Positions 27,358 to 36,994 of a stretch of DNA of 64,000 nt are shown one piece after another; within the stretch, counting starts at the first letter, position 1, and every line of letters starts with the position of its first letter. Where the stretch lies: NCBI GenBank assembly GCA_041746255.1, contig JBGTHM010000102.1:28758-92757 (forward strand). The letters run 5' to 3'. The stretch is from Fibrobacteria bacterium (lineage in GTDB: Bacteria > Fibrobacterota > Fibrobacteria > UBA11236). Made by a program: the position numbers and the translations under genes. A model generated the notes under the pieces. That model saw nothing but the letters and a program-made list of their open reading frames with translations. It made no database searches and was not told where the DNA came from.

Positions 27358-28677
27358 TTATAAAGGCGATTTGTTCTGTGGGGCTTCGACAATCAATCGT
27401 CCCGATAGGCGCTGTAACGATAATTCCGAAGATTTAGTGGATTGCCGGGCCGCGGCCAGACGGCTACGCGCGTCAAGCAACCTTTGCTGTGCCGCACGGA
27501 ATTCCAGCGAGGTGGAAGCGCCTGCGCGAAAAACTTCGCGTGCGGCTTCGGCTTGCATGCGCACTACTTCCAGATTACGCGCTTCCAGGTCAACCTGACG
27601 CAGGCCCGTAGCATAACTTTGCGCGGCGCGCTCGAAATCCGCCCGCACACTTTCTTGTTGTTGGACCAAGCGGGTTTCGCCTTGTCTAAGACCGAGGCGG
27701 GCATTTCCCACATTGCGCTGCGTGTTGAGCCGATCGAAAAGGGGCATGGAGAGGTTAATCCCGTATGAGGGTCCGCCGGTATTGCTGAATGCCGGTGCTT
27801 CGGGATTGAGGGCCTCGGGTTGGGCGGAATAGGAGATATTGCCGGAAACTCGCGGGAGATGGCCACCTCGGGCTTCTTTCACACTCAGGGCAGCCGCCTC
27901 TTTTTCGGCTCTGGCACGGGCGATGTCGGAATTTTTTTCGGTGAGATTCATGCGCCAGGTTTCCAAAGGAAGGTTTTCCGCCAAGGGAATGGTGTCGATA
28001 ACTTCGAAAGACGTAATGGGATCGCGGGCCAGGAGTTGATTCAATTGGATTTTGGCATTGTGCAAAGCCGTCTGTTGCGAAAACAGAGCGGAAGAGTCGG
28101 CGTTCAAATCCGCCAGCGATTGCAACTCTTCCAGCCGGGTGCCCGCTCCCAACTCCGCTCGGGCCGCCGCCAGCCGGGCCCTTTCGCGGGAAACTTCCAG
28201 CAGCTCTTCGAGAGCGGAAAGCCGTTGCCGTTGCTGCACGATTCCGAAATACCCGTCGAGTATGGCCTGCCAGGTCGCTTCAATCGCGGCCTGTTCGGAC
28301 AGCCTGGCGGAAATTTCCTGGGCCTGCAGGCGATTATACGTGTTGTAGGAGCGAAAGCCATCGAAAATAAGGAGTCCGAGTGAAGCGCCTACGGAGGTGC
28401 GGGCGGCTCCACCTTCAAAATCGCCGGTATGGCCTGCCGATGCCGAAAGTTCGGGGAGAAAGGGCCCGATGCCCGCACGACGGTTGTTCTCCGCAATGGA
28501 AGTCTGATCGCGGGCCAGCGACAGCGAGTGGTTATTTTCCAGGCCAATGCGAACAGCCGCTTCGGGGGTGAGTAATTGGGACTTTCCCGGCAAGAGCGAG
28601 TTGCAAAGCCCAAGCAGGAAAAACCGGGAAAAATTCTTCGAGGCTTTACCGGTTCGCAGTCTCATGTTCTCCTCCAT
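27358..28677 (-). CDS. TolC-family outer membrane efflux protein
   Basis: Signal peptide, two-fold repeated coiled-coil/beta architecture, typical TolC/OprM-like composition and a length of 439 aa. Confidence 0.8.
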   Translation of the reverse strand: MEENMRLRTGKASKNFSRFFLLGLCNSLLPGKSQLLTPEAAVRIGLENNHSLSLARDQTSIAENNRRAGIGPFLPELSASAGHTGDFEGGAARTSVGASLGLLIFDGFRSYNTYNRLQAQEISARLSEQAAIEATWQAILDGYFGIVQQRQRLSALEELLEVSRERARLAAARAELGAGTRLEELQSLADLNADSSALFSQQTALHNAKIQLNQLLARDPITSFEVIDTIPLAENLPLETWRMNLTEKNSDIARARAEKEAAALSVKEARGGHLPRVSGNISYSAQPEALNPEAPAFSNTGGPSYGINLSMPLFDRLNTQRNVGNARLGLRQGETRLVQQQESVRADFERAAQSYATGLRQVDLEARNLEVVRMQAEAAREVFRAGASTSLEFRAAQQRLLDARSRLAAARQSTKSSELSLQRLSGRLIVEAPQNKSPL

Positions 28678-28730
28678 CCATTACCTGAATCAACGTACCA
28701 ATCCCGCGTAGAGGGGAACCAGGCCCTTTT

Positions 28731-28748
28731 TGTAAACCCCATGTAAAC
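28731..28748. promoter_or_regulatory. Direct repeat TGTAAAC-N4-TGTAAAC in the divergent promoter region, a candidate CpxR-like response-regulator binding site
   Basis: Two exact 7-mers sit at 28731..28737 and 28742..28748. They lie about 70-90 bp upstream of the CpxR-like regulator gene, between the divergent efflux operons. The core GTAAA(N6)GTAAA is close to the E. coli CpxR box GTAAA(N5)GTAAA. Confidence 0.3.
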
Positions 28749-28819
28749 GTAGGTTAACTTATGCGTATCGCTCCCGTTTGCGGTCGCCGTGGGGGCGGGA
28801 TAAATGGTAAATTGCAGAA

Positions 28820-29521
28820 ATGCCGCAAGAAAAATCCGTACTGGTCATCGATGACGATAAAGAGTTGGGTGAGTTGCTTATTGAATATTTAGGGCAGTTC
28901 GGGTTCGCGGTGGAAGCGGCCTTACATCCCGACCAGGGTTTGGCTATGCTTCGCGCTCGCAAACCGGATTTGGTGGTGCTCGACGTTATGCTTCCGGGTA
29001 GGAATGGATTCGAAGTATGCAAAGAAATCCGCCGCGACAGCACTGTGCCCATCATCATGCTTACGGCCCGGGGTGAAGTGAGCGATAGGGTTTTGGGATT
29101 GGGCCTCGGCGCGGACGACTATCTTCCCAAACCCTTCGAGCCCAGGGAGTTGGTAGCCCGCATCGAATCGCTTTTTCGGCGCACCGGGGAGGTAAAAAAG
29201 CGGAGTTCCTTCCGATCCGGCGAATTACGGGTTGATTTAGACAGGCATTCGGCTCATCTCGGCAACGAGCCTCTCGAATTGACCCGGATGGAATTCCAGG
29301 TGCTCTCGCTGTTGGCATCCCAAGCGGGAACTACCGTAGACCGGGAGACTTTGTCGGCCAAGGTAAAAGGCATTGACTGGGATCCGCTCGACCGGACCCT
29401 GGACGTGATAATGGGCAGGCTCCGTTTGAAATTAGGAGACGACCCTCGCAACCCTCGTTTTATCCGCACTGTGCGCGGCGTCGGTTATCTTTTCGTGGAA
29501 AACGTGGTTTGGCATGAATAG
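28820..29521 (+). CDS. OmpR-family response regulator, CpxR-like
   Basis: Receiver domain plus winged helix. Long stretches match E. coli CpxR (IIMLTARGEVSDRVLGLGLGADDYLPKPFEPRELVARIESLFRR; TVRGVGYLF). Confidence 0.88.
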   Translation: MPQEKSVLVIDDDKELGELLIEYLGQFGFAVEAALHPDQGLAMLRARKPDLVVLDVMLPGRNGFEVCKEIRRDSTVPIIMLTARGEVSDRVLGLGLGADDYLPKPFEPRELVARIESLFRRTGEVKKRSSFRSGELRVDLDRHSAHLGNEPLELTRMEFQVLSLLASQAGTTVDRETLSAKVKGIDWDPLDRTLDVIMGRLRLKLGDDPRNPRFIRTVRGVGYLFVENVVWHE

Positions 29522-30887
29522 CCCCAGCCTGAAAACCCGCAGCGGGGGAATTTCGATATTTCTCAAGCTCTTCGGAATCTATATCGCCACCGTAGTAGTC
29601 GTGACGGTTTTGTCGATGGTTTTTCTCCAGGCGATTTTTTATTCCGGAAAATCCGATAAAAGCATTCGCGATAAGAACCGCGCCAAATACGTCAGCTTGC
29701 TGGTAGAGGAACTGGGAAATCCTCCGCGGCTGGATGCGGCGATGGCCTTATCCCGAAAGCTGGACATGCATATTCGTATGGAGGGGTCTACGGGCGGATG
29801 GACGACCTGGGACAGTCTACCGGCTATTTCGGAATTGGATTCAAAAAATTTTCGCCCCACCACCGAACCGCATACGCGCTTCGGTAAAATTAGAAACCAA
29901 CGCTTCACGGTCGCGGAAAGGAACGGACATACCTTTTTGTTCCTCTTTCAAGGAGGACCTTTTCGGGAAGCGCGCGTGGAACTGATTCCGGTTCTTTTGG
30001 CATTGGTGGGTGGACTGTTCGCGCTTAGCTTTCTTTGGCTACGCTATATTTTCAAGCCGCTGCATTGGCTGACCGAAGGGGTGAGCCAAGTCGCCCAGGG
30101 AAATCTCGATCACGGGGTCGCCGTAAGAGGTAATGATGAATTGGGTGAATTAGCCTCTTCTTTCAACGACATGACCCGGCGCATCCGCGACATGATGAAA
30201 TCGAAAGAGCAATTGCTGCTTGATGTCAGTCATGAATTGCGATCGCCGCTCACGCGCATCAAGGTGGCGTTGGAATTGAACAAGCCCAATGGCCAGGTCG
30301 TCATTCGTAGGAATATCATCGAGATGGAGACGATGATTTCGGAATTGCTCGAATCGGCCCGCCTCGACAGCGGACACGGGGGGCTGAGATTGGAACCGGT
30401 CGCCTTGCGCCCGTTGCTTGAAGAAGCTGTGGGCCTTTTCCCCGCGACCGCTCCCGGCATCCGCATACACTCCAATACGGAGGCGCTTTCGATTCACGCC
30501 GACAGAAATTCTTCCCTCACGGTATTCCGCAATCTTTTGGAGAATGCCGTCAAATACTCCTCCCACCAGGATAAGCCCGTGGAATTAAGCTCGGAGGCGT
30601 TCGCGGATAAGGTTAAGGTGCATGTCGTGGACTACGGTTACGGAATCCCGGAGACAGAATTGAAATCGATTTTCGAACCTTTCTATCGCGTCGACAAATC
30701 CAGAACCAAAAGTACCGGCGGCTATGGTTTGGGCTTGAGCCTGTGCCGGAAAATCATGGAAGCCCACGGGGGCGCCATCGTTTTGGAAAGCCGCGAGGGC
30801 GAAGGGACAAGAGTAACCTTGGAGTTTCCCTTGTCCCACGACCTTAACCCGTTCCGAAATCCAACCGAAAAGGATATCGCCGCTTGA
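29514..30887 (+). CDS. Sensor histidine kinase, CpxA/EnvZ-like
   Basis: Two TM segments, HAMP, HisKA H-box DVSHELRSPLTRI and HATPase_c N/G boxes (GYGIPE...GGYGLGLSL). The start overlaps the regulator stop. Confidence 0.85.
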   Translation: MNSPSLKTRSGGISIFLKLFGIYIATVVVVTVLSMVFLQAIFYSGKSDKSIRDKNRAKYVSLLVEELGNPPRLDAAMALSRKLDMHIRMEGSTGGWTTWDSLPAISELDSKNFRPTTEPHTRFGKIRNQRFTVAERNGHTFLFLFQGGPFREARVELIPVLLALVGGLFALSFLWLRYIFKPLHWLTEGVSQVAQGNLDHGVAVRGNDELGELASSFNDMTRRIRDMMKSKEQLLLDVSHELRSPLTRIKVALELNKPNGQVVIRRNIIEMETMISELLESARLDSGHGGLRLEPVALRPLLEEAVGLFPATAPGIRIHSNTEALSIHADRNSSLTVFRNLLENAVKYSSHQDKPVELSSEAFADKVKVHVVDYGYGIPETELKSIFEPFYRVDKSRTKSTGGYGLGLSLCRKIMEAHGGAIVLESREGEGTRVTLEFPLSHDLNPFRNPTEKDIAA

Positions 30888-33800
30888 AAGGCGGAATAAT
30901 CGGTTATTTCGCCGACCGGCATATTCTCGCCAACCTCCTGATGGTGGTTGTGTTTGTGGGTGGTTTTTACTCCTGGAAAAAAGCGGGCAAAGAGGAAATG
31001 CCCGACTTCGTCAACGACAGGGTGACGATTTCCGTAAGCTATCCCGGCGCCACGGCTCAGGAAGTGGAGTACTTCGTGGTACGTCCGCTGGAAGAGGCAA
31101 TAAAAGGGGTGGATGGAATCGAGGAAATCCGCAGTACGGCCTCTCCCGGCGGGGCCAGCATCAATGCCTATTTGGAAGACCAGCCCTCCCGCTTCCATGA
31201 AATCGTCACCGAGATAAAAAACGCGGCCCTCGATGCGCGGCTTCCCGAAGAAATCACCGAAGAGCCACGGGTAAGGCAATGGCAATCTTCCAAAAGCGCG
31301 ATCATCGACATCGCCATTTTCGATACGGCCCTGCATCTCTGGACTGTGGATGACCGCAAACGGTTGCAGTCAGTAGCCTTGACTTTGGAGAATGCCTTGA
31401 TCGGCTTGCCTCAGGTCAACTCCGTCAATCGGGGAGGGTTTCTCCGGGATGAAATCCGTATCAGTGCCAATCCTTTACGTTTACAGAATTACAACATTCC
31501 CCTAAATGCCCTGGCCGCCGAAATTCGCGGCAACAATCAGCGCCGACCCGCAGGATCCCTGAAGGACGCGGATGAATCGAAAGTCACCCTGGCCGGCGAA
31601 TTGACCGAGGTCGAGGAATTAAAAAATCTAATCGTGCAAGGCGGATTCGACGGGCCGGCCGTCAGGTTGGGCGACGTGGCGGAAGTGAACGTCGGTTTCG
31701 AAGAAACCCGTTCCATCCAGAAGGTGAATGGGCACGAGGCCGTCATTCTCAATGTGGTGAAAAACAGTTCGGCAGGAATCATCAAGGCCGTGGACGCGGT
31801 ACATGCCAATGTTGAAAGGTTCCAAAAGGAAAACCTCGCGGGAGAATCCGTTCGCATCCTTCTGCTCGACGACGAATCGCGGGACGTCCGCAACCGTTTA
31901 TCCATTATCGCTTCCAACGGAATCATAGGGATCGCTCTCATACTCCTGCTGCTCTTTCTGTTCCTGAATTTGCCGGCCGGGTTATGGGTGACCGTAGGCA
32001 TTCCTTTTTGCTTCGGTTTCACGCTTATCGGCGCCTATATGATGGGGCATACGGTGAACAATATGACTTTGGCGGCAGTCATCATTGTGATGGGAATGAT
32101 TGTGGACGATGCCATCGTAGTCGCGGAAAACATCATGCGCCTGCGAAACCAAAAAGGGAATGTCAGGGAGGCTTCCGTGGAAGGAGCCCGGTTCGTAAGT
32201 CTTCCCATCACGGCGGCCATAATCACCACCTGCGCGGCATTTCTCCCGCTTCTTTTTTTCGAAAACCGTTTCGGCAACCTCATCAAGGTCATTCCTCCCG
32301 TCGTTTCTTTGATGCTTATTGCCAGCCTGATCGAATCGCTGCTTATCCTCCCGGGGCATATGGCCCTTTCTCCGCCCAAGTGGGTGCGTCGTTTAGGCGG
32401 AAAATTCCGCAAAACCGTTCCCACGTCGGAAGGCCGGGCGCCGAAGAAACATTGGTTCGATAATGTGGAATCAGTCTACGCTTTCGTGCTGTACCGGATT
32501 TTGCGTTTCAAATGGCTGGTGTTTCCGGTGTTCGGTGTGTTGCTATTCTGGACCGCGCATATTTTCACGAACGATATGAAATTCGTGCTCTTTCCCAATG
32601 AAGAAACCACTCAAGTAAGGGTGGACATAGAGGCGCCGGTGGAGGTGAGGCGTTATGAAATGGCGGAACTCACGCGCAAGGTTGAGGGATTCCTGCAACC
32701 CTATATAGGCCATGAATTGATAGGACATCGTACCGAAATCGCCCGCAGTCGCTGGGGAAGGCCGGTGCAGGAAAACATCGCCTCGATGCGGGTGGAATTG
32801 GTGGCGCGGGAAAAACGGGAGAAATCGGCGCGACAATTGATTGCCGAATGGCGGGCGCTTGCCGATTCCCTGCAGGGCTTCACGAAAATTGATTTCCGCA
32901 CTTCCCGTTTTGGACAAGAAAGCGGAAGTTCCATCGAGATCCAAGTACTGGAAAACAATGACGGGGTGCGTAATCGCGTGGCGGACTCCTTGGCGGCTGC
33001 GCTAATGGCGAATCCAGCCCTGGTCGATGTCGAAATCGACAGGCCGCTTGACAATCCGGAATTTCTGCTCAAACTGAATCGCGACCGGATCAAACGCCTT
33101 TCCATTAATCCCGCGAATATCGCCCAAACCTTACGAACCTTGTTGGAAGGTCAGGTCCTGTATGAAATTGCGGGAGATCAGGAAGAAGTCTCGGTGGTGT
33201 TGACGGCCAAGGATGCCGTCAAAGGAAATATCCGCGATATTTTAGCGCTGCCCGTAGAAAACAGCAGGGACTATCTGGTGCCGTTGTCGTCGGTCGTTTC
33301 GGTGGAAGAGAGCACGACTCCGGCCAGCATTGAAAGGGAGCGGTACAAACGGGTTACCAAAGTGATTGCCGATTTGCGCTCAAATAGCAGCGTTACTCCC
33401 CTCGAGATAGCCGATCAACTTGAAGCGGAAGTATTCCCCCGCCTCCTGAGGAATAACCCGAACACCCAGTTGGCTTTCACGGGAGAGGTCAAAGATACGC
33501 GCGAATCGCAAGGAAATTTCGAAATGGCTATTTTTACCGTGATTATTCTTATATACGGGATTCTAGCCTTGCTTTTCAATTCGCTGTTAACCCCTTTCAT
33601 CATCATGGCCAGCATTCCTTTTGGCGTAGTGGGGGTGGTCTTGGCCTTCAAATTCCACGGAATGCAGCAATACGGATTTTTCGCGGCTGTGGGCATATTG
33701 GGTTTGATGGGGGTGGTCATCAACGATTCCATCGTGATGCTGGTAAAACTAAAAAAAAGATTTACCGCCCCCACCGAGGGAATTGAAGACGATTCCGAAC

Positions 33801-34081
33801 CCGAGGTTTCGACCGGAGTTAAATCCATTTCGGACTACAAGGTGGCGCATGTTTCCAAAACCAGGCTCCGTGCCGTTATCTTAACTACGCTTACCACCGT
33901 GGCGGGACTTTTCCCCACCGCTTACGGCATCGCAGGCTACGACGCCATGTTGGCGGAAATGATGCTGGCTATGGGTTGGGGGCTACTATTCGGAACCTTG
34001 ATAACCCTGGTGTTGGTGCCCTCCCTGTATGCGGCTGGGTTACAAATTCGGGGCTGGTTCGCTGCCCAAGGAAACGTTTAA
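30884..34081 (+). CDS. RND family efflux transporter permease (AcrB/HAE-type), 1065 aa
   Basis: 12-TM plus two large periplasmic loops; the N-terminal ILANLLMVVVFVGG is typical of AcrB-like pumps. The start overlaps the kinase stop. Confidence 0.9.
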   Translation: MKGGIIGYFADRHILANLLMVVVFVGGFYSWKKAGKEEMPDFVNDRVTISVSYPGATAQEVEYFVVRPLEEAIKGVDGIEEIRSTASPGGASINAYLEDQPSRFHEIVTEIKNAALDARLPEEITEEPRVRQWQSSKSAIIDIAIFDTALHLWTVDDRKRLQSVALTLENALIGLPQVNSVNRGGFLRDEIRISANPLRLQNYNIPLNALAAEIRGNNQRRPAGSLKDADESKVTLAGELTEVEELKNLIVQGGFDGPAVRLGDVAEVNVGFEETRSIQKVNGHEAVILNVVKNSSAGIIKAVDAVHANVERFQKENLAGESVRILLLDDESRDVRNRLSIIASNGIIGIALILLLLFLFLNLPAGLWVTVGIPFCFGFTLIGAYMMGHTVNNMTLAAVIIVMGMIVDDAIVVAENIMRLRNQKGNVREASVEGARFVSLPITAAIITTCAAFLPLLFFENRFGNLIKVIPPVVSLMLIASLIESLLILPGHMALSPPKWVRRLGGKFRKTVPTSEGRAPKKHWFDNVESVYAFVLYRILRFKWLVFPVFGVLLFWTAHIFTNDMKFVLFPNEETTQVRVDIEAPVEVRRYEMAELTRKVEGFLQPYIGHELIGHRTEIARSRWGRPVQENIASMRVELVAREKREKSARQLIAEWRALADSLQGFTKIDFRTSRFGQESGSSIEIQVLENNDGVRNRVADSLAAALMANPALVDVEIDRPLDNPEFLLKLNRDRIKRLSINPANIAQTLRTLLEGQVLYEIAGDQEEVSVVLTAKDAVKGNIRDILALPVENSRDYLVPLSSVVSVEESTTPASIERERYKRVTKVIADLRSNSSVTPLEIADQLEAEVFPRLLRNNPNTQLAFTGEVKDTRESQGNFEMAIFTVIILIYGILALLFNSLLTPFIIMASIPFGVVGVVLAFKFHGMQQYGFFAAVGILGLMGVVINDSIVMLVKLKKRFTAPTEGIEDDSEPEVSTGVKSISDYKVAHVSKTRLRAVILTTLTTVAGLFPTAYGIAGYDAMLAEMMLAMGWGLLFGTLITLVLVPSLYAAGLQIRGWFAAQGNV

Positions 34082-34082
34082 G

Positions 34083-35507
34083 ATGTCGTTATTAAGGGCG
34101 CTTTGCTTGGGGTTCTGTTTCGGCTTCCTTTTCCTCGAAGCCAACGGCCAAGCGTCCGATTCGGTTCCGGATTCCGGGCGGCATCTCACGCTGGAAGCCT
34201 TCATCGAACAAGCCAGCCGTAGAGACAGTGTTTTCCAGGAAATTCTGATAGACGAGTTGACACTGCAATACCAGCGCACCCTGGCGCTCCCTCCGCGCGA
34301 TCTGGTTCTTTCAGTGCGCGGGGAGTTCGGCCTTTCCTTGGACGGCACTCCCAGACCCGACTTGACCGCTTCGCTGGAGCGCCTTTTTCCCCTCCAGGGC
34401 GCCTCCATGGCCTTGCAATTCGAAAGCGTCTCGCGCAGCGCCGCCGATCGAAACAATGAGTTGTCTCTGGTGTTCGGAATGGAGTTGGCCCGTAACGCCT
34501 TCGGTCGTTCCACGCAAATGCTGGATAAACTTACGGGAATGGAAACCGAAATCGCCCGACATCAAATCGTGGAGGCCTATGAGGACTATCTCGCGTCGCT
34601 CATCGTAAGCTATTACAGGTGGACGGCCGCTTGGGAAAGTGTCAAGGCCGCGCAGTCGGCGGTAGAAGAAGGGGAGAAGCTGCTGACCAACATCCAATCG
34701 AAGCAACGCAGTCATATCGCCTATCAAGTCGATGTCGATAAAGCCCGCTTTCAATTGCTGGGAAAACAAGAAAGCCGAGTCTCGGCTCAGGATGAATACG
34801 ATGGACTGACTTTGCATATAGCCCGGGCCGTGGGCGGGAATCCCGACGGACTGCGCCCCGATTCGGTCGGGTTGCATCGCGATGGCAACATCGATGTGCA
34901 GAGGGAAAGGGAAGCATTTTTCGAGTCTGGTCGCACCGAGAGCATTTTGCGTCTGTTACAAGATAGGGATTCGCTTGCGCTGGAACGTGCGGCCGACAAT
35001 CTTCTGCCCTCACTGCAAGCCTATGGAGGCCTGGGTTTGGGCGATTCCGAACCCACGGTTGCGGAGAATACCCGCGCCTTCGTGGGTCTCAGTCTGGGCT
35101 ACTCTTTTCAGAAAAGCAGGGAGAAGGCTACGGTTGAGGTGACCAAGTTGACCTCGCAAAAGCAGCGTCTCGCGGCAGGGAATGCTCGTTCCCGACTCGT
35201 GGCGGACCTGGAGAGTTTATTCCAGACTATCGAGGCGCAAAAAGTGGCCATCGGGCTTTCGGAACAACGATTAATCCTGGCGCAGTCCATTTCCGACGCG
35301 GAGTCACGGGATTATATCTATGGGCGCGCCGATATCAACGACTTGATTCAGGCCTTGAATACTTTACAGGAAACCCGCTTCAGTAAAATCCGGCAGGAAA
35401 TAGAACTCGACATCCTTCTGGTGGAATGGCGCAGGCTCACCGATCAGCTGGTTTCGCGAAGAGAAGCCTTCGAACGCTCACTTCCCGCCGTCATCAGTCC
35501 GGAATAG
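34083..35507 (+). CDS. TolC-like outer membrane efflux protein
   Basis: Signal peptide MSLLRALCLGFCFGFLFLEANGQA with coiled-coil-rich OMP composition. It starts 2 nt after the RND stop (ATG at 34083). Confidence 0.7.
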   Translation: MSLLRALCLGFCFGFLFLEANGQASDSVPDSGRHLTLEAFIEQASRRDSVFQEILIDELTLQYQRTLALPPRDLVLSVRGEFGLSLDGTPRPDLTASLERLFPLQGASMALQFESVSRSAADRNNELSLVFGMELARNAFGRSTQMLDKLTGMETEIARHQIVEAYEDYLASLIVSYYRWTAAWESVKAAQSAVEEGEKLLTNIQSKQRSHIAYQVDVDKARFQLLGKQESRVSAQDEYDGLTLHIARAVGGNPDGLRPDSVGLHRDGNIDVQREREAFFESGRTESILRLLQDRDSLALERAADNLLPSLQAYGGLGLGDSEPTVAENTRAFVGLSLGYSFQKSREKATVEVTKLTSQKQRLAAGNARSRLVADLESLFQTIEAQKVAIGLSEQRLILAQSISDAESRDYIYGRADINDLIQALNTLQETRFSKIRQEIELDILLVEWRRLTDQLVSRREAFERSLPAVISPE

Positions 35508-35568
35508 CGCTCGCAGCGCGCCCGCGTTTGTTCCCGTCAGGGCCAACGAATTGTTTCGGAGACCGGCG

Positions 35569-35889
35569 CTAGCCGAAGGAACAAATATATTCCGTTTGGC
35601 CCTTGGCTACCGCGATTTCAAAAGAGGAGTTGCCGGGTATGGAAAAAGACGCGCCGGCGCCGTAATTTTCCCAATCGGATTTTCCCGCCAATCGCACGCG
35701 GCATTCACCAGCCACGATTTCCATCAATTCGGGGGCGGCGGTATCGAAACGAAACTCACCGGGGTAAATCAAGCCCAAGGTTTTTTTCGAACCATCGGAA
35801 AATAACAAGGAGTGGCTAATCACCTTACCATCGAAGTAAATATTGGCTTTGGCCGGTACGGTGACGCCTTCGAATCGCTGGGTGGACAT
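35569..35889 (-). CDS. ppnP: Pyrimidine/purine nucleoside phosphorylase PpnP (YaiE/DUF1255 family)
   Basis: About 100 aa, collinear with E. coli YaiE (NIYFDGKV..., EFRFDTAAPELMEIVAG..., SDWENYGAGASFSIPGNSSFEI). The true start may be the internal V residues, which would shorten the overlap with the upstream gene. Confidence 0.72.
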   Translation of the reverse strand: MSTQRFEGVTVPAKANIYFDGKVISHSLLFSDGSKKTLGLIYPGEFRFDTAAPELMEIVAGECRVRLAGKSDWENYGAGASFSIPGNSSFEIAVAKGQTEYICSFG

Positions 35890-36899
35890 GGAGTTTCCTC
35901 TTTAAGGGGTTTGGGAAAAAAGATAATTCGCAGACGATAAAGCATCCAGCGTAATTCCATGCGCAAGGCGAGCTTTAGTGAGAGCGCAACGAATCGCGGC
36001 GGAGCCATGCCTCCGAAAACGCCTGCGATGGCGTAAAGAGCGCCGGGGCGGAAAGGGGAATTCGCGATTCGCGCATAAACCGGCTCCCAATGAGTGGGAC
36101 GAAATTTCACTTTGAAAGATTCCAAGCCCTTGAAATTGTAAAATCGCGTTGCGTGTTCGCGCATCCAGGCGAAAGCCAGCCGCACCCACCAGGGATTCCG
36201 CTCCCGGGACTCCGCCGAATAGCGGGCCAATGGGACCAAACCCAAGGTGAGGTACTCCCTGCCTTCGTCCTGTGCCGCGCACATGGCAGCATCCACCAAT
36301 AACTCCGAGGTTCCGTTGGGAGCTTGGCGCCCTCTCACGATTTGTTCGATAAGCCAACCCTGGCGCGCGGGAATGGGAGTGGCGATGAGATAAGCTAAGG
36401 GACGGCCCTGCTTCAGGGCCACGAACACCCGACGGTCTTCCAGATTTTGGAGCAAATCCGGTTCCACCAAAAAATGGAGAGGAAGCATGCGCCGGGTAGA
36501 GAGCCATTCCCGGAGCACCGGACGCAGCCGGGCGTGCAGCGATTCCTCTCCGCTCAAGCTGATACCTGTCCCCCAAGTTTCCACCGTAACGCCCTTATTG
36601 CGGGCGCGGTTGATTTGGGCGCGCAGCGAGGGCGTTTTCGCAAGAATTCCGGACCATTCCCCGGGGTTCCAGACAGGCTGTGAACCAATCACCACGGAAT
36701 AAGGTGAATTGGCCGATGCGCCTTCCCCGGCGAAATAGCACACTTTTTTGCCGTGCGTAGAGGATTCTTTTTCGAATTCGCGCGCGATGGCATCCTCCGT
36801 TCCCGGAGGGCAGACCGGCTCGCCCGATGCCACCCGGTAGCGGCCAAACGACTGATAGCCCACCACTCCTTCTTTTTTCCGGGAAATCCACAGACGCAT
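35820..36899 (-). CDS. DUF2156-like protein (lysyl-phosphatidylglycerol synthase C-terminal domain family, GNAT-like)
   Basis: Stand-alone domain of about 360 aa. The chosen start, ATG (MRLWISRK) at 36899, avoids the 78-nt overlap with hisC that the track's start at 37073 would imply. The family assignment is from memory of MprF C-terminal domain features (...GTSELLVDAAM...GLVPLAR). Confidence 0.5.
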   Translation of the reverse strand: MRLWISRKKEGVVGYQSFGRYRVASGEPVCPPGTEDAIAREFEKESSTHGKKVCYFAGEGASANSPYSVVIGSQPVWNPGEWSGILAKTPSLRAQINRARNKGVTVETWGTGISLSGEESLHARLRPVLREWLSTRRMLPLHFLVEPDLLQNLEDRRVFVALKQGRPLAYLIATPIPARQGWLIEQIVRGRQAPNGTSELLVDAAMCAAQDEGREYLTLGLVPLARYSAESRERNPWWVRLAFAWMREHATRFYNFKGLESFKVKFRPTHWEPVYARIANSPFRPGALYAIAGVFGGMAPPRFVALSLKLALRMELRWMLYRLRIIFFPKPLKEETPCPPSDSKASPYRPKPIFTSMVR

Positions 36900-36994
36900 G
36901 CGGGGATGGAGAATGGGATAGGCGGTGGAAGCGGATCCATATCGAAGCGCCAATTTTCGCGCCCTTGCGCCGCTACTTTCGGAAGCGTTCGTCG

